From contig NW_025215195.1 of NCBI RefSeq assembly GCF_004010195.1, forward strand, positions 22,922 to 58,601: DNA of 35,680 bases, given 5' to 3'. The stretch's first letter is position 1. Every line of letters starts with the position of its first letter. Shown here one piece after another: positions 1 to 11,239 of the stretch. A program made the translations under genes and the position numbers. The notes beneath the pieces are model-generated. The model saw only the letters and a list, made by a program, of their open reading frames with translations, ran no database searches and was not told the DNA's origin. This stretch comes from Chiloscyllium plagiosum (lineage: Eukaryota).

Positions 1-658
1 AGCAGGAGTCTCCTGTGGCTATCCCCATCTGAAACAAGCATACTATTTTGGATAATGTAGGTGGTCATAGACTCTGAGGGGAATGTTGCACTGACAGCCA
101 ATTTACTGCCACTGAGAATGGCTTTACTGTAATGAGAGGTCTATCAGGTTCCAAACGCTCAATGATGATAAGGGACTCTCTAGTCGGGCACAGACTGCTG
201 TTTCTGCAGCTGACAGTGAGACATCAGAATGGGATGGCATCTCCCTGGTGCCAGGGTCAAGGATGTTTCGGACAGGTAGCGGAATATTCTCAAAGGGAAG
301 AATGACCAGTGGGAGGTCATTGTACATTGGTACCAATGACATAGGAAGGGGAAAAGATGAAGTCCTGATGAGAGAATATAGCAAATTAGCCTGGACTATA
401 AAAAGTAGGTCCTCGGTCATAATATCTGCATTACTCCCGGTGGTACATACTAGTGAGAGTAGGAATAGCAGGATGGAGGAGATGAAAGATTGGCTAAGGA
501 GGTGTAGGGCAGAAGGATTCACATCTTTTGATCATTGTAATCTCCTCTGGAGTAGAGTTGACCTGCATAAGAAGGATGGATTGTACCTGAATTGGAAAGT
601 GTCTAATATCCAGGCAGGGAGATTTGCTAGTGTTACTCGGGAGGCATTAATCCAGTGA
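1..658 (+). mobile_element. CR1 LINE ORF1 remnant (SGNH esterase domain)
   Basis: Degenerate GDS motif near 170, then YIGTNDIGR, IISALLPV, WLRRC..EGF and KKDGLYLN motifs in ORF 248..658. Confidence 0.8.
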
Positions 659-759
659 GGGTGTGGGGTAAATCCAAAGAGATAGTGAGAAAAGAGGTAT
701 GTCTGAGGCTGGTACAGTTCAGAAGTCAGTTAAGGCAGGCAAGGGCAAGGCACTGAACA

Positions 760-1520
760 AGGTAGAACTGACAAGTTACACTGCATTTACTTCAATGCAA
801 GAGGCCTGACAGGGAAGGCAGATGGGCTCAGGGAATGGTTTTGAACATAGGACTATGATATCATGAGTATTACAGAAACGTTGCACAGTGATGAGTAGGA
901 CTGGCAGCTTAATATTCCAGGGTATCGATGCAAGAGGAAGGATAGAAAGGGGGACATGAGAGGAGGCAGAGTGGCCTTTTTGTTTAGGAGTAGCATTACA
1001 GTTGTGCTTAGGGAGGATATTCCTGGGAGTACGTCCAGTGAAGCTATTTTGGTGGAACTGGGAAATAAGAAAGGGATGATCACCTTGTTATTATCTGCTG
1101 GGTTTCGTCTGTTTGCTCTGGTTTCCTCCCACTATCTAAAGATATGCAGGTTGTGTGGATATTCCAGGCTGAATTGCCCATATTGCCCAGAGATCTGCAG
1201 GTTAGGTGGATTGGCCATGTGAAATTGCCCATAGTGTTCAGGCATGTGCAGGCTAGGTGGATTAGCCATGGGAAATGCAGCATTACAGTGGTAAGGTAGG
1301 AGTTTCTGAGGGTCAGTGTGGTTGTGATGGGCTGAATGGCCTACTTCCACGCTGTCAGGATTCTCTGATAATTCTACTAGTTTTAAAATAGCTACAGAAA
1401 ATAATAGACCAGATCTAAATAGTGTTCTAAATTGGACAAAGGTGAATTTTGACAGTACAAGGCGAGAACTTTCAATATTCCTTTGCTATTCCCAGGAAAA
1501 GGGACGGCTGGAAAGTGGGA
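760..1520 (+). mobile_element. CR1 LINE ORF2 AP-endonuclease region, decayed and interrupted by a SINE
   Basis: CIYFNARGL, YDIMSITET, NIPGYR, RGGRVAFL and SEAILVELGNKKG motifs, with stop codons. Confidence 0.8.
1095..1368 (+). mobile_element. V-SINE (HE1-like), 5' truncated
   Basis: V-domain-like ggtttcctcccac..aaagatatgcagg, three ~51-bp internal repeats (tgcaggttaggtggattggccatg..aaattgccc) and a LINE-like tail gggctgaatggcct. Confidence 0.75.
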
Positions 1521-2780
1521 ACATAACATAAGGAAGAGGAGTAGGAGTAGGCTACCTGACCCCTCAAGCCTGCTCTGCCATTCAATAGATTCCAGGCTGA
1601 GCTTTTCATGGCCTCACCTCCACATTCCTGACCTCTCACCATAATCCTTAATTCCTTTCCTGTTCACAAACCTACCTTTTGACCTAAAGATAGTCAAGTC
1701 GATAACCTAAACTGCTGCACTCAGCAGCAAATTCCACAGATTCGCAGATTTAGCTGAAGAAGTCCATCCTGAACTCACTCCAAATCTGATACCCCCTTAT
1801 TTTGATGCTCTGTTCCCTCGTTTGAACCCCACCCCCAGCGGAAATCACCTCCCTGCTTCTATCTTATCTACTCCGTTATTTTTTTTTTCATATCCAACCT
1901 CCCATACTTCGAAATTCCAATGAGCATACTACCAGTTTCCTCAATCTCTCCGCATACGCTAACCCTCTGAAATCATGACTGAAACTAGTGACTCTCCTCT
2001 GTACTCCCTCCAGTGCCAGTACATCCTTGCTAATGTAAGGGGACCAAACCTGTACACAGTACTCCAGGTGTGACCTAACCAGCACTCTGTATAGCTGCAG
2101 CATAACCATCCCTCAAGCAATGAAGGACAATATTCCCTTCTCTGCCTTATTTACCTGCTGTACTTGCAAACCAACTTCCTGTGATTCATGCACAAGGACA
2201 CCCAGCTCCCTCTGTACAGCAGCATGCTGCAAGTTTTCACCTTTTCATCATCAGTTTGCTGTTAGTCTGACCAAAATGGATGACTTCACATTTCCCAACC
2301 TTGTCCTCCATGTGCCAGATCCTTACCCACTCACTTAACCTATCTGTATCCCTGTGCAGACTTACAGTGGCCTCTGCAGACATTGCTCTACCACTCATCT
2401 TAGTGAAGCCTACCTTTCATGAATAGATACTGTGTCTGCTCAATGAGATAATTTCTATCCACATAGCTCACTATTTCTTCCTTAAGAGATCGGGCATTTT
2501 CCCCACAAAATAAGTTATGCTAACAGGTCCATTTTAAAATATTCGCATCACATTTGTAGCTTGCCAATCTTTCAGAACTGTCCCAGAGTCCAGCAAATGT
2601 TAGTGAATTATCTCTAGTGCATTTGCTATTTACCCTCTGCCATCTGTTAACGTCCACTGGGATGCATTCCATCACGGCCAGGCGACCCATCTATCTTTAG
2701 GCTGTTATCTTTCCCAACGCTACCTCTTTACTGAGAATGATTGCTTCTCTGTCCTCATCTGGCATTGCTTCCATAGGCCT
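1521..2780 (-). mobile_element. CR1 LINE ORF2/3' fragments, antisense and nested
   Basis: ORF 1888..2109 MLQLYRVLVRSHLEYCVQVWSPY..LEGVQRR is a CR1 RT C-terminus; 3'UTR-like sequence near 1530-1600. Confidence 0.8.
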
Positions 2781-3110
2781 GCGACAATGAGAGTACACAG
2801 ACAGTATGATCCTGTTAAGGCTTTAACAGGTAGTATAGGGAATGCTGCCTGTCAAGAGAAATTGAGGGTCTCGTCAAGAAAATGAAGTAGGGATATGGCA
2901 GTTCAGACATCTGTATTTGTGTGAATTCCTGGAGGAGTGTCAGGGCAGTACGAGTATACTCGAGGGAAAACAGGTGAGCAAAAACGGGACATGAGAGAGC
3001 TTTGGGAAATAGGTTCCCAGAGAATCCAGAGATTCCAGAAATACACTAAGGATAAACGAGTAACCAGGCAGAGAACAGGGACCCTCAAAGATCAAGGAAA
3101 AGCTCCTGTT
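2780..3110 (+). mobile_element. CR1 LINE ORF2 linker fragment (older outer element)
   Basis: RFQKYTKDKRVTRQRTGTLKDQ resembles the CR1 'FYKYIKSKRVTRERVGPLKD' segment. Confidence 0.6.
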
Positions 3111-5105
3111 TGTCCTAGATAAGTATATACCTGTCAGGCGGGAGCTGTGGTTTACAAAGGAAATGGAACCTCTCTACAAAAGGAAGAAGGTGGCTTATGT
3201 TAGGATGAGATGTGAAGGCTCAGTTAGGGCGCTCGAGGGTTACAAGGTAGCCAGGAAAATCCTAAAGAAAGAGCTCAGAAGTGCCAGGAGGAGACATGAG
3301 AAATTGTTGGCAGATAGGATCAGGGTAAACCCTAAGGCTTTCTATAGGTATTTAAGGAATAAAAGAATGACGAATTAGATTAGGGCCAACCAAGGATAGT
3401 AGTGGGACATTGTGTGTGGAGTCAGAGGATATAGGGGAAGCACTAAATGAATATGTTTCAACATTATTCACTTTAGAAAACGACAATGTTGTTGAGAGTA
3501 CTGAGATACAGGCTACTAGACTAGGTGGGATTGAGGTTCATAAGGAAGAGGTATTAGAAACCTTGCAGAGTGTGAAAATAGATAAAACCCATCCGGCCCA
3601 GTGGACTTATCCTAAGATCCTCTGGGAAGCCAAGGAGGAGATTGCCGAGCCTTTGGCATTGATCTTTAAATCATCATTGTCTACAGGAATAGTGGCAGAA
3701 GACTGGATGATAGCAAATGTGGTTCCCCTGCTCAAGAAGGGGAGTAGAGACAACCCTAGACCAGTGAGCCTTATTCAATTGTTGGTAAAGTGTTGGAAAA
3801 GGTTATAAGAGATAGGATCCAGAAAAGAATAATTTGATTAGGGATAGTCAGCACCGTTTTGTGAAGGGTAGGTCGTGCCTCACAAACCTTATTGAGTTCT
3901 TTGAGAAGGTGACCAAACAGGTAGATGAGAGTAAACCGGTTGATGTAGTATATGTGAATTTCAGCAAGGCGTTCGAGAACGTCCCCACAGTAGACTATTG
4001 TATAAAATGCGGAAGGATGGGATTGTGGGAGATATAGCAGTTTGGATCAGTAATTGGCTTGCTGAAAGCTGACAGTGTTGATTGATGGGAAATGTTCATC
4101 CTGGAGTCCAGTTACCAGTGGTGTACCGCAAGGGTCGGTGTTGGGTCCACTGCTGTTCGTCATTTTCATAAACTACCTGGATGAGGGCGTAGAAGGGTGG
4201 GTTAGTAAATGTGCAGACAACACTAAGGTCGGTGGAGTTGTGGATAGTGACGAAGGATGTTGTACGTTACAGAGAGACTTAGATAAGCTGCAGAACTGGG
4301 CTGAGAGGTGGCAAATGGAGTTTAATGCAGACAAGTGTGAGGTGATTCACTTTGGTCGGAGTAACTGGAAAGCAAAGTACTGGGCTAATGGTAAGATTCT
4401 TGGTAGTAGATGAGCAGAGAGATCTCGGTGTCCAGGTACACAGATCCTTGAAAGTTGCCACCGAGGTTGACAGGGCTGTTTAGAAGGCATACAGTGTTTT
4501 AGCTTTTATTAATAGAGGGATCGAGTTCCGGAACCATGAGGTTATGCTACAGCTGTACAAAACTCTAGTGAGGCTGCACTTGGAGTATTGTGTACAGTTC
4601 TGTTCCCCACATGAGAGGGAGGATGTGGAAGCTTTGGAAAGGGTGCAGAGGAGATTTATTAGGATGCTTGCCTGGTATGGAGGGAAGGTCTTACGAGGAA
4701 AGGCTGAGGGACTTGAGGCTGTTTTCGTTAGAGAGAAGAAGGTTGATACGTGACTTAATAGAGACAGACAAGATAATCAGAAGGTTAGGTTGTGTAGACA
4801 GGGAGAGCCTTTTTCCAAGAATGGTGACGGCGAGCACGAGGAGGCATAGCTTTAAATTGAGGGGTGATGGATATAGGACAGATGTCAGAGGTAATTTCTT
4901 TACTCCGAGTACTAAGGGTAGGGAATGCTGTGCCTGCAACGGTAGTAGATTCACCAACTTTAAGTACATTTAAGTCGTTATTGGACAAGCATATGGAAGT
5001 ACATGGAATAGTGTAGGTTAAATGGGCTTCAGATTGATATGACAGGTCGGCGCAACATCGAGGGTCGAAGAGCCTGTACTGTGCTTTAATGTTCTATGTT
5101 CTATG
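3110..5105 (+). mobile_element. CR1 LINE ORF2 (RT) to 3' end, frameshifted; a younger insertion
   Basis: NPKAFYRY, ANVVPLLKKG, QHRFVKGRSCLTNL, SGVPQGSVLGPLLF, CADNTK (degenerate FADD), WQMEFN and HLEYCVQF motifs; tail ttctatgttctatg. Confidence 0.92.
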
Positions 5106-5119
5106 AGCAATATGCTGTA

Positions 5120-6092
5120 AGGATCATTGCTGGGTCCACTGCTTTTCATCATTTGTGTAAATGTTTTCCATGTGAATATAGGAGGTATGGTCAGTGACTT
5201 TACATAAATACCAAAATTGGAGGTGCAGTGGACAGGGAAGAAGGTTACCTCAGATTACAATGGGACTTCAAACAAATGGGTTGAGGAGTGGCAGATGGAG
5301 TTTAATTCAGAAAAATGTGAGGTGCTTCATTTTGGAAAATCAAATCAGGGCAGGACTTATACACTTAATGGGAAGGTCCTGGGGAGCGTTGCTGAACAAA
5401 GAGATCTTGGAGTGCAGGTTCATAGTTCCTTGAAAGTGGAATCATAGATAGGCAGGGTAGTGAAGAAGGTATTTACTATCCTTGCCTTTACTGGTTAGTG
5501 GATTGAGTACAGGAGTTGTGACGGCATTTTGTAGCTGTTCAGCACATTGATTCAGTCACTTCTGGAATTCTGCTTTCAGTCCTGGTTTCCCCGCTATCGG
5601 AATGATATTGTGAAACTTGAAAGGGTTCAGAAAAGATGTTATTAGGGTTGAGGGTTTCAGCTATATAGGGATAGGCTGAATAGGCTGGGGCTGGTTTCCC
5701 TGGAGCATCGGATGCTGAGAGGTGACCTCAGTGGTTGATACAATTGTGAGGGACATGGATAGGATGAACAACCAGGGTCTTATTCCCAGGTTAGGTGAGT
5801 CCAAATCTATGGGGCGCAGGCTTTTAAGGAGTGAGGAAACAATTTATAAGGGATCTGAGGGGCAATGTTATCAAGCTGAACGTGGTATGTGTATGTAATG
5901 AGCTGCCAGAGAAAGTGTGGTGGCTGGTACAATTGCAACAGATAAAAGGCATCTGATTTGGGTTTAGGAAAGGTTTAGAAGGTTATGGGCCAAGTGCTGT
6001 CAAATGGGACGAGATTAATTTAGAATATCTGGTCGGCATGGACAAGTTGGACCAAATGGTTGGTTTCTGTGCTGTACATCTCGATAACACTG
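5120..6092 (+). mobile_element. CR1 LINE RT C-terminus and 3'UTR, decayed
   Basis: GSLLGPLLF and WQMEFNSEKCEVLHFG..EQRDLGVQVHSSLK motifs; 3'UTR ggcatggacaagttggacc..tgtgctgta. Confidence 0.85.
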
Positions 6093-6249
6093 AAACATTA
6101 AAATTAAGATAAGTTTCTCTATGTGGGGAGTTAGCAGAAGGTCAGATAAATCTCCTTGGAGCTCAGGAGGTTAAGCAGTGATGTCAACCAGGAGCAGATT
6201 TCTTTCCAGGATATTTAATTTAGAGGGAGAAATTATTAACGTCACAAAT
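6015..6249 (+). repeat. Direct repeat, copy 1 (235 bp), left of the ERV block
   Basis: Matches 12591-12824 except for one 1-nt indel and one substitution. Confidence 0.95.
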
Positions 6250-8397
6250 CACGTCCTTTCCTCTGCTATTTATCATTCCCCTTTCCTTCCAGATCTTCCC
6301 AAAGGTGTGTACTACCCCAAAGGCATACTTAGAGTCAGTGTAGATTGTCCCGGCTATTCCCTTTAAATTCCTCAAAGCCCGGTGCAAGGCGTACAATTCG
6401 CACGTTTGTGCAGACCAGGCATTCGGAAGCCATCCACTTTCCACTAATTCCCAACCAGTCTCAGTAATGACTGCATAACCGTTGTGTCTTTTCCCATCTG
6501 TCACTCGAGAGGACCCGTCAATGTACCACCGCCTTCCTGCATGTAAGGGGTGTCCCTCAGATCTTCCCTCACTTTACTCTGGTACTCTATTATGTCTGAA
6601 CAGCAGTGTTCCAGTTCCTCCTCCCCTTCCCCTTTCCAAAGAAAGTCCGCCGGGTTCTGGCAGCCCCCGACTTCTATTCGGAGGTCTTCTCGGTCTAACA
6701 ATATGGCTTCATATTTCAGAATTCTCGAGTGAGTCAACCACCTCCCGGCCTTCTGATTCAGGATGGCTCTAACCTGGTGGGGAGTAGTGACTGTCAAGGG
6801 GGCCCCGAAAGTCAACTTCCTGCTTTCCTCTACCAGCTTTGCCGTGGCTGCCACCGCTTGGACACACTCCGGCCACCCTCGGGAGACTGGATCCAGAATT
6901 TTTGACAGGAAAGCGACGGGCTTCCTTTCTCCCCCCCCAATCCTGGGTCAATACTCCAAGAGCGGTTCCCTTTCTGGAGTTCACAAAGAGACGAAATGTC
7001 TTACTAAAATCCGGCAAGCTTAAAACAGGTGCGGTCATCAATTTTTCTTTTAGAATTCCAATTAACATTTTCTCCTCCTCCTCCCATTTTATTCTATTGG
7101 GTGCCTCCTCAATGAGTTTTAGGTACAAGTCTTTAGTAAGGGGGGCATAGTCATCTATCCATAACCGAAAATAGCCTAAGAGTCCCAAGAACTTCCGCAA
7201 CTACCTTTTGGTCGTTGGGAGGCCTAGTTCAATTATTGCCCGCACTCTTTCCGGACTTATTCGTTTCTGTCCCTGGCTTATCAAGTGTCCCAGGTACTTA
7301 ACCTCTTTCTCGACATATTAGAGCTTCTTCTGACTCACTCTTAACCCCTTCTCAGCTAGGTAATTTAAGAGGGCATTAGTCCCAAGTAGGACGTCCTCCT
7401 CCGTGGGCCCGGATAAAAGGAGATCGTCCACGTACTGTATAAGCTTAAGGGCCGGGGACAAGGTTAGTCCCTCCAATAATTGTTCCAGAATCTGCCCGAA
7501 CAGAGTCGGGGACTCAGTGAATCCTTGGGGGAGCACGGTCCACCCGTACTGCTGTTTTCTGCCAGTAACAGGATCCTCCCATTCAAAAGCAAAAAAATCC
7601 CTACTGTCCTTGTCCAGGGGACACGCCCAGAAGGCATCCTTTAAGTCTATAACACTAAACCAGCCGTGGTCCGGGGGTATTCGCCCCAGAATAGTGTATG
7701 GGTTCGGTACCACAGGGTGCCGTACTTGGACAATTTTATTTACTTCCCTTAGGTCTTGGACCATTCTGTAGCTCCCGTCCGACTTCCGGACCGGCAGGAT
7801 GGTGGAATTGTATCGTGACATACAGGGCTCTACCAAACCATCTTTTATTAGGTCTTCCATAACTGTCTTCAGGCCCTGCCTCCCTTCCCAAGAGATGGGG
7901 TATTGGTGCACTCTGACGTCGGGGCTCTGGGGTTTTAATTTTACCTCCACAGGTCGAATTGCGAGTCCCCCCCGGCTCCCTTTGGCGACCCAAACCCTAG
8001 GGTCTATCTCTGTCAATCGGGACTCACTAAGGTATGACATGGTAACGGCTAATTCATCCTCTTCTCCCACTTCTATTCGTAATCCGAAACGGACTATCAA
8101 ATACCGTCCCAACAACCCATAGGGAAGATGGGGGAGGTGAAGGAGTTCCACCTGGAGCTCCTCCTCCTCCAGCCGCAAGGGTTGTGGTTCGAATATTTTC
8201 GCACTAAAAACCCCACCCTTAACTCCTGAAATGTTTAATGTTTTAGCTTGGAAGCCAACCCCCCTGGGATGGAGGGGGATTGAGGACCTGCCGGCGCCTG
8301 TGCCAACTAAGAAGGTAACATCTTGTCTAAATGGGCCCACCCGTAAATTTACCAGGGGTTCTTGGTAGGCCCGTGTTCCGATCCTCCCCTGACTTCC
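6250..8397 (-). pseudogene. pol: ERV pol 5' part: protease, RT, tether and RNase H N-terminus (disrupted)
   Basis: FLVGTGA (active-site D to G), IDLKDAFW, LPQGF, YVDD, YIDGSS and YTDSKY motifs. Stops at 7318-7320 (TAA) and 7201-7203 (TAG); frameshifts near 6935 and 6525. Confidence 0.93.
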
Positions 8398-9219
8398 CTA
8401 ATCCATTTGTTCACGCTCCATTTCATACATCCCTTCTCTTTCCCTTTTAAACTCGGGACAATCCCTTTTGAAGTGTCCCAGTTTCCCGCAATGGTAACAT
8501 CCGGCCATCGGAGGCCGCTCAAATCCATAAACTCCTCCTCTCTCACTTCTGCCCTGTCTCGCTTCTCTCCCTCTCCAACTTTCCTTCGACGTTCCTCTTT
8601 CCACCCCATAAACTCCCTCCCCCATTCCGGTGGATTTACAAGCTTCCCGTACAGCTGCCACCATCATTTTTGTCTTCTGTTTCTCCCTTATTACATCCCT
8701 CTGAACGTACACCTTCTGTGCTTCCCGTAATAATTCTGCAACATCTTTTTCAGCCCAATCCTCCACTTTCTGTAATTTCTTCTGAATGTCAGGCCATGAA
8801 TTAGTCACAAAGTGCACCTTAAGCATGCCCTTGCCTATTTCCCCATCGGGGTCTAAACCTGAATACTTTCGCATGTACTCCCGCAAACGGTCTAAAAACT
8901 CACTCGGGGATTCATCCTTTTTCTGTCCAACTTCGAATGCTTTCGCTAAATTCCGCCGTTTGGGCACGCAGGTTTGGATCCCCCTGATTATAAGGCTTCT
9001 GAGATCTGTCATATTGGCCCGTCCCCCCGCGTCGTTATGATCCCACCGGGGGTCCTCTAAGGGGTACTTCTGCTCTCCACGCTGAGGGCCGTCCTGATGC
9101 TCCCTCTCCCAAATGGCCATTGCACTATTCCGGATCATAACAATTTCATCGTAATTAAATAGTATTCTCATCATGGCCTGCAGTTCAGCCCATGTGTATA
9201 TACTGGGCCCCAGAAATTG
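8398..9219 (-). pseudogene. gag: ERV gag C-terminal part (capsid and nucleocapsid); open but 5' truncated and fused to env
   Basis: QFLGPSIYTWAEL, major-homology-like QKKDESPSEFLDRL, CCHC knuckle CYHCGKLGHFKRDC, TAG at 8398-8400. Confidence 0.9.
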
Positions 9220-11168
9220 GTTCTTATTGATGGTCACCCACCAGAACAATGACGACTCAAAACCCGCCGCTATCTGGTTCCTAGCCTTGTATTCGTCAGG
9301 AACACCCCTGGGGACCCCTATGGCATCTAAATATATGTTATCATCGAAAGAGGTCTCCAAAGCTCTCTCAGTTCTTCCACTGGAATGGGGTTGCTCTTGT
9401 TTTTCGAATGCCAGGGTGAATGGGATGGCCAATTGAACGATTGCACAAGTGCCCGTCCATTTTCGGGGCANNNNNNNNNNNNNNNNNNNNNNNNNNNNNN
9501 NNNNNNNNNNNNNNNNNNNNNNNNNNNNNNNNNNNNNNNNNNNNNNNNNNNNNNNNNNNNNNNNNNNNNNNNNNNNNNNNNNNNNNNNNNNNNNNNNNNN
9601 NNNNNNNNNNNNNNNNNNNNNNNNNNNNNNNNNNNNNNNNNNNNNNNNNNNNNNNNNNNNNNNNNNNNNNNNNNNNNNNNNNNNNNNNNNNNNNNNNNNN
9701 NNNNNNNNNNNNNNNNNNNNNNNNNNNNNNNNNNNNNNNNNNNNNNNNNNNNNNNNNNNNNNNNNNNNNNNNNNNNNNNNNNNNNNNNNNNNNNNNNNNN
9801 NNNNNNNNNNNNNNNNNNNNNNNNNNNNNNNNNNNNNNNNNNNNNNNNNNNNNNNNNNNNNNNNNNNNNNNNNNNNNNNNNNNNNNNNNNNNNNNNNNNN
9901 NNNNNNNNNNNNNNNNNNNNNNNNNNNNNNNNNNNNNNNNNNNNNNNNNNNNNNNNNNNNNNNNNNNNNNNNNNNNNNNNNNNNNNNNNNNNNNNNNNNN
10001 NNNNNNNNNNNNNNTTGCTCTTGTTTTTCGAATGCCAGGGTGAATGGGATGGCCAATTGAACGATTGCACAAGTGCCCGCCCATTTTTGGGGCAGGGTCG
10101 GTCGCAGAATCCTCCCACCACAGTACCACCAGAGGTCTGCCCTGGGTACATGAATGTGGGAGTAATTCCTGCCCCCGGTAGTTTCGTTGACCCGCCGAAT
10201 TGACCTGCTGCACTTGTCAAATGTCCCCACATCATTGTCCCATTGCGGTCCCGTCTGAGAGACGCAGGCTTGGTGCGTACCCGTTACCCCTGTGAATGAC
10301 GGAGGGCGGGGCGCTCCTTTAGACCTGACGGGAGGAAACTTCAAACTTAAGCGTCGACAAGTGGGGTTGTTCCAGGCCTCTCGGTCCTGGTACAGCCTTA
10401 CCATGCAGTCCAAGGCTTGTGGATGTTTCTCCCATCCCAGCGGGAATGGGACCACCTGAGGGTTAGGACGGGCACCCGTGCACGCGTAGCAATCACTCTT
10501 TTTCATGCTCCTTACCGTATATTTGCCCCATTCCATCCAGGCATTCGCCTCCCCGTATCCCGTTTCTATTTCAAAGGTCCTTTCCAAGTCCATCACCTCA
10601 ATTATCCTAACCTTTTCCTGCTCATCGGGGGTGGATGAGGTCCCAGACTCAGCTTCAATGACCGTGATGGTTGTGCAGCACAGCTGCAACCCCTTCTGTC
10701 CTGCCTGGCCCCCAACCCTAATACCCAGGATCGTTCCATTAAGGCTCGTCCCGTTGTTCCCCAAGGTCTTTATGGTCAGGTAGAGTGGATTGCACTGATT
10801 CTGCTCACAATTCCGCCCAGGGGTGATGGGATCATGGACAATTGACACCATAGCCTGGACCCCGGGGGCTGGAGGCCTATAGGTGCCTTCTTTGCCATGC
10901 AACTGTAATACTAGCGTCTGACCCTGGAATCCCCTTTCTCTCTCTAGGTTACGCTTAGTCTGATTCAGTTCACTTTTAGTCGCACAGGGCACCAACCCAC
11001 ATAGGTCTAAACTAAGTGTCTGTGTTGGCTTGTTGGCGGGGACGGAGATGGAGAGCCACCGACGGTCCTCTGCCTGTTTTTTTTCCAGAGGCCGAATTGG
11101 GTAACACGCACACTATGACCCAGCCGAAGGATAATGGCAAAGCAAGTTAACAATACGATTGACTGCAT
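9220..11168 (-). pseudogene. env: ERV env (signal peptide, SU, start of TM), 3' truncated, with one homopolymer frameshift
   Basis: ATG at 11168 begins the hydrophobic leader MQSIVLLTCFAIILRLG. Frameshift at the A8 run (11077-11084). CxxC (CYAC), WWYCG, RTER cleavage-like site and DAIGVPRGVPDEYKARNQIAAGFES follow. Confidence 0.87.
9471..10014. other. Assembly gap whose flanks duplicate each other (probable false gap)
   Basis: 9391-9470 is repeated at 10015-10094 with 2 substitutions. Confidence 0.9.
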
Positions 11169-11239
11169 TTTGTTGCAACACTCGTGTCCGGCCGGAGGAC
11201 ACAGTCCTTTAAACTCGCCAAAGTCCAATTAGTCTGTTC

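Noticed and set aside
6015..6249. Flanking direct repeats as retroviral LTRs
   Set aside because: They begin within a CR1 3'UTR, lack TG..CA ends and any adjacent PBS or PPT, and abut the middle of RNase H.
9327..10235. Long ORFs crossing the N gap (also at 12916-13321)
   Set aside because: Their length comes from runs of X; the 865-aa figure for the env-gag ORF is inflated in the same way.
11007..11228. Separate retroviral accessory gene between pol and env
   Set aside because: Better explained as the env leader displaced by a frameshift in the A8 run; the other frame continues directly into LSLDLCGLVPC.
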